Part shown: positions 56,883 to 64,000 of the stretch, one piece after another
Layout of the letters: every line of letters begins with the position of its first letter
Numbering within the stretch: position 1 is the stretch's first letter
Assembly (NCBI GenBank): GCA_963706445.1
Contig: OY970160.1
Location: forward strand, 1,568,001 to 1,632,000
Direction of reading: 5' to 3'
Origin: an uncultured Nitrososphaerales archaeon
GTDB taxonomy: Archaea; Thermoproteota; Nitrososphaeria; Nitrososphaerales; Gagatemarchaeaceae
DNA length: 64,000 nucleotides
Notes under the pieces: model-generated
What the model was told of the DNA's origin: nothing
The model's database searches: none
Seen by the model: the letters and a program-made list of their open reading frames with translations, nothing else
Translations under genes and position numbers: made by a program

Positions 56883-57104
56883 TTCCCTATGCGAATTATT
56901 GGTGACTGCGCGTTGATTTCGATATATCTTGCGGCGAGTGCCAGGCGGAACCACTTCCGTGGCACTTATAGCCGACCCGCGGCACCAAGCCGACTCCGAA
57001 GATCCAAACTAACTGTCAAATCCACCCGCTTTTCAGACCAACACATCTATTCTTTTGTGAAATAAGTGGGCTTTATTACCGCCTTACATGAAGTTGCAAC
57101 GACC

Positions 57105-57755
57105 CTACCTCCGCCTCTCTGTCACTTCTTCATGCTCTATGACAACAACCGAGCCGAGCACGAACCTGTGGTCGATCGGACCAAGTATCGAAATGTTGAA
57201 GGAATCTCTGACCGAGACCCACTTCTTGTGGACCTGGGCCACATCAACGCCGTTGGCCTGAAACCTGTAGTCATGCTCGACGAAATTGCCATAGATTCTG
57301 ACGAACTGGTTCCCGTTCAGCTCGAGCCAGTACTCGCTTCCTATCAGCCTCGCGATCTTCTTCTTTATCGCCGCCAGCATGTTCCCTCCAGAATCATAGA
57401 TGTCGAACTCCCTTCGCAGCGAGACCAGCTTACCGTTTACGCTCAAGATCTGAGCCCCAGTGGAGTCCAGAACAGCGAACTTCGCGGGGAGCTGGAAGAA
57501 GTTACCATCGGCCTGACCCAAGGGCGTGCCAGAAGCGTCCTGGATGTCGTAGTGCTCTCGCACTGAGACGATCTTTTTGTTGAGAGTCAGCTCGTTCGCG
57601 GTAAGCAGGAGCGTCTGTCCGACGGTGGAGGGTGTGGGCGAAGACTGCGCCGGGGAAGCATCTGCGTCAGAGGTCGGTGATACGGGCTTGCCACAGGACG
57701 AGCAGAAACTGGCGTCAGCCAGCAGCGAGGCTCCGCAATAGCGACAGAACACCAT
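57105..57755 (-). CDS. Zinc-ribbon plus LURP-one/scramblase (Tubby-C-like) protein
   Basis: FCRYCG..FCSSCG; YDIQDASG, IYGNFVEHDY, VAQVHKKWVSVRDSFNI. Confidence 0.85.
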   Translation of the reverse strand: MVFCRYCGASLLADASFCSSCGKPVSPTSDADASPAQSSPTPSTVGQTLLLTANELTLNKKIVSVREHYDIQDASGTPLGQADGNFFQLPAKFAVLDSTGAQILSVNGKLVSLRREFDIYDSGGNMLAAIKKKIARLIGSEYWLELNGNQFVRIYGNFVEHDYRFQANGVDVAQVHKKWVSVRDSFNISILGPIDHRFVLGSVVVIEHEEVTERRR

Positions 57756-57931
57756 CTTCGATTGCTAGTCGGAGGCGGCTCGATATAAGCGTCGGATCCG
57801 GGCAACCCCAGATCCAGCATCGGCATTATTGATTTGCGTCTTCGACCCGTTTCAGAACCACTCCCGTGGTCTTCTTATCCGACTCGAGACATACTTAGCG
57901 TGTTACCTCATAGCAAGATGACTCTTCGGGA

Positions 57932-58390
57932 CTACACTCCGATATCTTCGTTCCAAAGGGTGGGCCTGTCCTCGACAAACTTCTTCATCATGTCGACACA
58001 GTTGGGATCACTCAAGTTGATGAGTTTCACACCTCTCTTCAATAGATAATCTTCATGGCCTTTGAAATTCACGTTTTCTCCTATCACCACCAAAGGAATC
58101 TTGTACAGAAGTACTGCACCACTACACATATCGCAGGGCGAGAGTGTTGAGTACAAAGTGCACTCGGAGTACGTGTCCGCCTTCAATCTTCCCGCGTTCT
58201 CCAGGCAATCCATTTCCGCATGCAAAACCACACTTCCCTTCTGAACTCTCCTGTTGTGTCCTCTCCCGATCACTTTCCCTTTGAAAACTAGTACGGAACC
58301 TATTGGTAACCCACCCTCCTTCAAACCCTGCTGAGCCTCTTTCCAAGCTTCGGTCATGAATTTCTGGTAGTCACCTGAATCTTTTGACAC
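57932..58390 (-). CDS. Cytosine/nucleoside deaminase (fungal Fcy1-like)
   Basis: GGLPIGSVL, GRGHNRRVQ, HAEMDCLENAGR, LSPCDMC, WNEDIG. Confidence 0.92.
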   Translation of the reverse strand: MSKDSGDYQKFMTEAWKEAQQGLKEGGLPIGSVLVFKGKVIGRGHNRRVQKGSVVLHAEMDCLENAGRLKADTYSECTLYSTLSPCDMCSGAVLLYKIPLVVIGENVNFKGHEDYLLKRGVKLINLSDPNCVDMMKKFVEDRPTLWNEDIGV

Positions 58391-58544
58391 TGGGTTTGGA
58401 CCAATGACTTGCTCGCAAGGAGTAGTTGAATCTTGTCAAATTCTGCCAGCCGACTGCGCCTTTTCTTCTCTAGCCGACCTTACCGTTGCTTAAGACATCT
58501 TGTTTCAACTCATGTCCCACCCAAAGCCGTTCTCTTTCACGAGT

Positions 58545-58570
58545 TCATCCAAGAAAGGAAACTTGGATGA
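58545..58570. promoter_or_regulatory. Operator-like inverted repeat between the deaminase and the Dpp operon
   Basis: TCATCCAAG-N8-CTTGGATGA, about 50 nt upstream of a TTTATG box. Confidence 0.55.
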
Positions 58571-58636
58571 TCTTCTGCGCTCTCGCATGATTCAGGCGTT
58601 CACGGATGCTTTGCAGAACATTTATGCAAGTCTGAA

Positions 58637-59689
58637 GTGAAGAGACGCTCTCAAGTGAACCTACTAAGGTACATCCTCCAAAGGATTGTCTTCGCCATAG
58701 TGGTCTTAGTCAGTGTAGTGACGATTACTTTCATCATAGCACATAGCCTGGGGTCCAACCCGATAGTGGCCTGGCTGGGACGGGACGCCGCGTCCCACCC
58801 CCAATTGGCCCAGCTTTTCGCGCAGCAATACCACCTGAACGACCCGATATGGGTCCAGTACTACTACTACATTGGAGGTCTCCTGGAAGGCAACCTAGGG
58901 TATTCCCCTTCGAGGGGCTTCGCACCAGTCCTGACGGTTTTGAGCCAGACCCTCCCATACACTTTGCAGCTGGTGTTCTTTGCTTTTCTCATAACCATAG
59001 GGCTCGGAATCTTGTTCGGAGTGCTCGCTGCGAAGTACGCCCACACTCCAGTCGACTGGGGAATCCGGACCCTCTACCTCGCAGGCTCGGCCTCCTCCCC
59101 CTTCTTCGTCGCTCTGGTGCTCCTTGTCGTCTTTAGCTATCTATTGAGGCTCCTCCCTAGTGGCGGCGCCTTCGATCTAAGCTTGACGACGGCTACTCCC
59201 ATCACGGGGTTTCCGCTGATAGACAGCCTCATCGAGGGAAACTGGGCTTTCTTCGCAAGTAGCCTGGAGCATCTGATCCTTCCAAGCTTCGCTTTGGCCC
59301 TCGTCACCTTTGGCGTCGTGACGAGGGTGCTGAGGAGCTCCCTGCTCGATGTTATGCGAATGAACTACGTCAGAACCGCAAGGGCGAAGGGACTTTCGGA
59401 GAACAAGGTCTTCTTCAAGCACGCGGTTAGGAACGCACTGATTCCAGTGGTCACGCTCTCATCTGTAGTCCTCACGTGGCTGATAACCGGCACGATTTTC
59501 GTCGAGAATGTCTTCGGCTATCCAGGGATGGGCCAGTACTTGGTTTCTGCCCTCGAGTACCAGGACTATCCCGGCATACTCGCCGTCGCGATAGTCTTTG
59601 CCATATTCATCGTCGTGGGAAACCTTGTCGCAGACCTTCTGTACGTATACATCGACCCGCAAATCCGGCTTGGAGGTAGAGTTGAGTAG
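58637..59689 (+). CDS. dppB: Dipeptide/oligopeptide ABC permease (DppB-like)
   Basis: YILQRI, GNLGYS, YVRTARAKGL, KHAVRNAL, DPQIR. Confidence 0.93.
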   Translation: MKRRSQVNLLRYILQRIVFAIVVLVSVVTITFIIAHSLGSNPIVAWLGRDAASHPQLAQLFAQQYHLNDPIWVQYYYYIGGLLEGNLGYSPSRGFAPVLTVLSQTLPYTLQLVFFAFLITIGLGILFGVLAAKYAHTPVDWGIRTLYLAGSASSPFFVALVLLVVFSYLLRLLPSGGAFDLSLTTATPITGFPLIDSLIEGNWAFFASSLEHLILPSFALALVTFGVVTRVLRSSLLDVMRMNYVRTARAKGLSENKVFFKHAVRNALIPVVTLSSVVLTWLITGTIFVENVFGYPGMGQYLVSALEYQDYPGILAVAIVFAIFIVVGNLVADLLYVYIDPQIRLGGRVE

Positions 59690-60548
59690 CCATCTTACCT
59701 CGCGCCTAAAGACCTTCCTCTTGCTCATCAGGAAGAGCAGGGAGGCTATGGCTGGAGCCGTCATCATCGGTGGATTCTTCCTGCTCGCTATCCTCGTAGA
59801 AGTCTCGGAGGTTCTAGGTGTCCGAATCACCCCCTACGGCCCTCTTCAGCAGAACACCGGACCTGTGCTGGCGCCTCCGTCGCTGGCCCATCTTTTCGGC
59901 ACCGACCCGCTGGGCCGGGACGTGTTCAGCAGGATGGTGGTTTCGACACCTAACGATGTGGCAGTCGGCCTTGCCGTCGTAGGAGTAGGCCTCTTGGTCG
60001 GTCTCATGATAGGCTCGGTCGCCGCCCTCAGAGGTGGGCTCCTCGATGAGTTCCTGATGCGCGTAACGGACGTCTTCTTCGCCCTCCCCGCGCTTGTCAT
60101 CGCGATGGTGGTAGCCGTCGCGCTTGGGCCGGGGATCACGAACATGATGATTGCACTCGTGATCATTTGGTGGCCTCCCTATGCGAGGCTCGCCAGAGGG
60201 GAAGCACTGAGGGTTGTCAACCAGAACTACATCGAGGCATCCCGTACCTCGGGTTATGGGACTGGGAGGATAATCACGAGGCACATCATTCCCAACATAT
60301 TCACGACCATGCTGGTCTACGCGACGCTTGACATTGGGACGGTCATCCTTGTTTACGCAGGTTTGAGCTACCTTGGCCTGTCGGTCAAACCCCCGACCCC
60401 CGACTGGGGGGAGATGGTAAGTTCCTACCAAGACTATCTCATATCGGCGCCCTGGCTCCCCATCTTTCCTGGGCTAGTGATTGCTATTGGGGTCGCAGGT
60501 TTCAGCTTGCTCGGCGACGGGCTCAGGGACGCCCTCGAGGCCAGGTAA
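59682..60548 (+). CDS. dppC: Dipeptide/oligopeptide ABC permease (DppC-like)
   Basis: HLFGTDPLGRDVFSR, RHIIPN, PDWGEM, GDGLRDAL. Confidence 0.93.
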   Translation: MSSHLTSRLKTFLLLIRKSREAMAGAVIIGGFFLLAILVEVSEVLGVRITPYGPLQQNTGPVLAPPSLAHLFGTDPLGRDVFSRMVVSTPNDVAVGLAVVGVGLLVGLMIGSVAALRGGLLDEFLMRVTDVFFALPALVIAMVVAVALGPGITNMMIALVIIWWPPYARLARGEALRVVNQNYIEASRTSGYGTGRIITRHIIPNIFTTMLVYATLDIGTVILVYAGLSYLGLSVKPPTPDWGEMVSSYQDYLISAPWLPIFPGLVIAIGVAGFSLLGDGLRDALEAR

Positions 60549-60549
60549 G

Positions 60550-61620
60550 ATGCCGACCCTGCTCGACATAAGCGACTTGACTCTACGATACATGGTTGGC
60601 AACCAACAATTCACCGCATTGGACTCGGTCAACCTCACCATGGCGGAGAATGAGTTCCTCGCGGTCGTCGGAGAGTCAGGGTGCGGCAAGAGCTCCTTGG
60701 GGCTCTCTATCATCGGCTTGACGCCTAAGAAATCGAGCCGAATCGTGAAAGGTTCCATCAGATACAAGGACGAAGATCTGGCAAGGCTACATCAGGATGA
60801 GTTGAGAGAATACAGAGGCACCGAGATAGCCATGATCTTCCAGGAGCCACTCACCAGCTTGAATCCTGTATACAAGATAGGTGACCAGATGGCGGAGGCA
60901 ATCGAAGTGAGAACAAAGCGGAAATCTGGAGTAAGGGCGAACAACGAGCTCGCGCAAAAAGTGTACGACGCCGCCTCAGGAGATCAGGGGAGCCTTTCGC
61001 GCGCATTGCTGATTCGCAGAGGCACTCGTCCCGAGGTGAAGAAGGAAATGGTGGATTGGCTCGACCTCGTGAGGATCGGCGACCCTGAACATGTTTTGGA
61101 GCTTTTCCCGTTCGAGCTCTCCGGTGGCATGAGGCAGCGGGTGATGATCGCCATGGCCCTTTCCCAGAAGCCTGCCCTGCTCATCGCAGATGAACCGACC
61201 ACGGCCCTAGATGTTACCACCCAAGCCCAAGTCCTCAAGCTAATGCGCGACCTGATGCACGAGGTCAATACGAGCATACTTCTGATCACGCACGACCTCG
61301 CCGTCGCTAGCCAAGTTGCCGACCGTGTAGTGGTCATGTACGCAGGTGAGATTGCCGAAGATGCGGAGGTCAACGCGTTGTTCAAGAAGCCTTTGCACCC
61401 ATATACACAGGGGCTTCTAAACTGCATACCGGCCGGGACGAAAGACAACTCCTTCTTGGCCCCCATCCCAGGCTCCGTCCCCGATTCCAATAACACCCTC
61501 CAAGGATGCAAATTCGCCCCGAGATGCCAATTCGCCTTCGACAGATGCCAATCAAACAGACCGAAGCTCATCAATCAGGGGGACGGCCATCAAGTCTCGT
61601 GCTTCCTCCATGACAAGTGA
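60550..61620 (+). CDS. dppD: Peptide ABC ATPase (DppD-like)
   Basis: GESGCGKS, LSGGMRQR, HPYT, C-terminal Cys motif. Confidence 0.94.
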   Translation: MPTLLDISDLTLRYMVGNQQFTALDSVNLTMAENEFLAVVGESGCGKSSLGLSIIGLTPKKSSRIVKGSIRYKDEDLARLHQDELREYRGTEIAMIFQEPLTSLNPVYKIGDQMAEAIEVRTKRKSGVRANNELAQKVYDAASGDQGSLSRALLIRRGTRPEVKKEMVDWLDLVRIGDPEHVLELFPFELSGGMRQRVMIAMALSQKPALLIADEPTTALDVTTQAQVLKLMRDLMHEVNTSILLITHDLAVASQVADRVVVMYAGEIAEDAEVNALFKKPLHPYTQGLLNCIPAGTKDNSFLAPIPGSVPDSNNTLQGCKFAPRCQFAFDRCQSNRPKLINQGDGHQVSCFLHDK

Positions 61621-62617
61621 AGAACCGCTCCTAAGGGTCGTCAATCTGAAGAAGTATTTCCCGGTCAGATCGGGTGCGTTACTAAGGGGGGAACGCCGAT
61701 TTGTCAAGGCCGTCGACGGCGTCTCGCTTGAGCTGGGAACAGGAAAGACATTGGGCGTGGTGGGCGAATCGGGCTGTGGAAAGACCACCCTTGCCAGGGT
61801 GGTGTCCTTGCTCACCCCCGTGACCAGCGGCGAGATATATTTCGAGAGCAAAAGAATGGACAGAGGCCGGATGAACCCGAAGGAAGTCTATCGCAATATG
61901 CAAATTGTCTTTCAGGATCCTGATTCGAGTCTCGATCCACAGATGAGAGTGGCCGATTCGGTCGCCGAACCGATCCGAGGCCTCCTCAAAGGCCCTGAAA
62001 ACATGGTGGAGAAAGCGGTCAAAGATAACCTCGCTGCAGTTGGTCTATCCCACGAGCTGGGAAGTAGGCTCCCACGTCAGCTGAGCGGCGGCCAGAAACA
62101 AAGGGTAGCGATCGCCAGGGCGATATCTGTCCGGCCTAAGCTCGTGATCTTAGACGAACCGACCAGCGCCCTGGATGCCTCTATCCAGGCCCAACTCCTC
62201 AGGCTCCTCGTAGAACTTCAGAAGGAATTCAACCTTTCCTATCTGATCATAACTCACAATATCGCGGTGGCGAAGTATCTTTCAGACGCCGTCGCGGTAA
62301 TGTATGCGGGGAGGGTCGTCGAATATGGCCCCACATTAGGAGTCTTGGAGAACCCGAGGCACCCGTACACCGACCTGCTGATCAAGTCTGCCCCATTTCC
62401 TGACCCATCGCAAAGGAACCTCTTGCAAGCGGAAGTCAAGGGCGAGGTCCCAAGCTTGATTCATCCTCCGCCAGGTTGCCGATTCAACCCGAGATGCCCC
62501 CTCGTGGGGCCAATTTGCTTGACGGAGAACCCTCCTCTAAGAGAGATAGCCAGGTCCCAGTGGGTGGCGTGCCACTTCGCTGAAAAGACGGGACAAAAAG
62601 GGGTGCCTCCGGCCTGA
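61610..62617 (+). CDS. dppF: Peptide ABC ATPase (DppF-like)
   Basis: GESGCGKT, LSGGQKQR, HPYT, PPPGCRFNPRC, VACH. Confidence 0.94.
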   Translation: MTSEEPLLRVVNLKKYFPVRSGALLRGERRFVKAVDGVSLELGTGKTLGVVGESGCGKTTLARVVSLLTPVTSGEIYFESKRMDRGRMNPKEVYRNMQIVFQDPDSSLDPQMRVADSVAEPIRGLLKGPENMVEKAVKDNLAAVGLSHELGSRLPRQLSGGQKQRVAIARAISVRPKLVILDEPTSALDASIQAQLLRLLVELQKEFNLSYLIITHNIAVAKYLSDAVAVMYAGRVVEYGPTLGVLENPRHPYTDLLIKSAPFPDPSQRNLLQAEVKGEVPSLIHPPPGCRFNPRCPLVGPICLTENPPLREIARSQWVACHFAEKTGQKGVPPA

Positions 62618-62630
62618 CCGGGCAGGCCGC

Positions 62631-63404
62631 TTACTTGGCGAGCCAGCCGGCATCCACCGGAATGTCGATGGCGTTCACAAATGATGCAGCGTCGCTTGCC
62701 AAGAAGTAGGCGACCTCGGCGACCTCCCTAGGATCCGCAAAGCGCTTGAAGGCCTGGTCTGCCTTCTTGCGCGCTTCCAGCTCACCTGGTGTCGTGCCTC
62801 GGACTTTGGATTCAAGTTCGATGTTTCTGTGGAGCAAGGCCGTATCGATCAATCCCGGACTGATGCAGTTCACCCTGATGTTGCTGGGAGCGAGCTCCCA
62901 TGCGAGCGACCTAGTGAGGGATACAACGGCCCCCTTGGTCGCCGAGTAGATTCCTCGGAAAGGCTGACCAGAGTAGGCCGAGGCGGAGCCGACATTGACA
63001 ATCGCGCCCCGGTTCTTCGCCTTCATCTTAGGAGCGACGTGCTTGCACATGAGGAACGTTCCACCCAAATTGATGTCTACTATGCGCCTGTAGTCTTCCC
63101 AGGTAGTCTCCTCTAGAGGCTTGATCAGCGCAACCCCGGCGACGTTGATGAGAGAATCAATCCGTTGATATTTCTGGCTCAGAGCTTCAACGCTCCTTTT
63201 CACCTCGGCTTCGTTAGTCACGTCGCATTTCACGTAAGCGGAGGATCCACCACTGCCGTTCACCTCTTCTGATACCTGGCGTCCCCGTTCGTCTGTATCC
63301 AGAATCGCCACTTGGTATTTGCGCTCTGAAAACAGTCTTGCGGTAGCCTCCCCGATGCCGTTCGCTCCCCCAGTGATGATCGCTGTCGGAAGACTACTCT
63401 CCAA
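62631..63404 (-). CDS. Short-chain dehydrogenase/reductase
   Basis: TGGANGIG, YSATK, IRVNCISPG. Confidence 0.93.
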   Translation of the reverse strand: MESSLPTAIITGGANGIGEATARLFSERKYQVAILDTDERGRQVSEEVNGSGGSSAYVKCDVTNEAEVKRSVEALSQKYQRIDSLINVAGVALIKPLEETTWEDYRRIVDINLGGTFLMCKHVAPKMKAKNRGAIVNVGSASAYSGQPFRGIYSATKGAVVSLTRSLAWELAPSNIRVNCISPGLIDTALLHRNIELESKVRGTTPGELEARKKADQAFKRFADPREVAEVAYFLASDAASFVNAIDIPVDAGWLAK

Positions 63405-63457
63405 ATCGTCACTGGGTTCACGAGTTATGATAATTTAATGTTCGTTCGCTTGCTGGA

Positions 63458-64000
63458 CTATAGTTTCGGTTTCCTGATGGTATGGTCCTCGGGGGGAGTA
63501 CGGCCGAGAGGCCTTGGCCCGTTGCCTCCTGCTATCGCAATGACCATCTCGTCTTTGCGGGGAGCGTCTGGGATGCACACCCGAACTGTGTCGACGTACT
63601 TCGGATCCCACATTTTCTTGTGTCTCATAGGGATGTACAATGTCGTCCCCATGGGGCCCTGAACTTCCGTTGCCTCGATGTACTCCTTGGCCACAGTATA
63701 ATCTCCGACGTACTCCCGGTATCCAGGAGCCAACCCGCCGTGCAGGATGGACGTGATATTTTCTAACTCGCCATCTTCCCCGACGATGCCCGCCTTCCCG
63801 AAGGTCTCAACTTTCTCCTCGCCACCTAACTCGTCCACCACCATCTTCCCAAGCTTGCTTCCAAGATCCCTTGCAAAAGGGAACAGGAAGGAAAGATCTT
63901 CGATGTACTCTCCCGCGTAGGGATTGGTCAACACGGCGGCTACGGTGAATCTGACAATCGGCTTGTCGAACTTCTTTCCCCTGTCCTCGTAGATTTCGTC
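63458..64000 (-). CDS. 'Amino acid synthesis' (DUF1185) family protein, 5' end outside window
   Basis: VAAVLTNPYAG, FGKAGIVGEDGELE, IPMRHK, PDAPRKDE, GPRP. Confidence 0.85.
   Translation of the reverse strand, partial: DEIYEDRGKKFDKPIVRFTVAAVLTNPYAGEYIEDLSFLFPFARDLGSKLGKMVVDELGGEEKVETFGKAGIVGEDGELENITSILHGGLAPGYREYVGDYTVAKEYIEATEVQGPMGTTLYIPMRHKKMWDPKYVDTVRVCIPDAPRKDEMVIAIAGGNGPRPLGRTPPEDHTIRKPKL

Noticed and set aside
1-64000. CRISPR array or rRNA gene
   Set aside because: No regularly spaced repeats and no rRNA-like segment seen; the cas1-like fragment stands alone.

Overview
High-GC archaeal chromosomal window. TFB, TBP, a thaumarchaeal-type CDC48, TATA-box leaderless genes and a BHB-intron tRNA point to Nitrososphaerota, probably a non-ammonia-oxidising lineage (inference). 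From left to right it holds: (1) a DinG/XPD helicase and a small candidate defence island (MazG-like pyrophosphatase plus DUF2075 helicase, divergent from an McrB-N-terminal-domain/NucS-like nuclease fusion); (2) TFB, a cluster of surface proteins, TBP and CDC48; (3) a microprotein-rich stretch, including two paralogous Lys/Arg-rich ~29-aa ORFs missing from the ORF track, plus PPK2 and a TRAM protein; (4) redox, export and catabolic genes (frameshifted MDR, F420-dependent reductase, KstD-like flavoprotein, ACD); (5) a polyphosphate/phosphate cluster (CHAD, SixA, Ppx, a thymidylate-kinase-like pair matching archaeal PPK3, two phosphoesterases, an ECF transporter with two T subunits); (6) an integration hotspot. 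There a 3'-truncated tRNA-His faces a complete, intron-containing second tRNA-His that sits 55 bp from a tyrosine integrase. Viral-type zinc-finger genes, a degenerate HNH, a casposase-like Cas1 C-terminal remnant and tRNA 3' relics follow; (7) metal-homeostasis genes and a catabolic Dpp/Opp island. The best candidate for an undescribed system is a small integrative element that breaks its target tRNA-His and supplies its own replacement copy. No CRISPR array or rRNA was seen. All family assignments come from motif recognition, not database searches.
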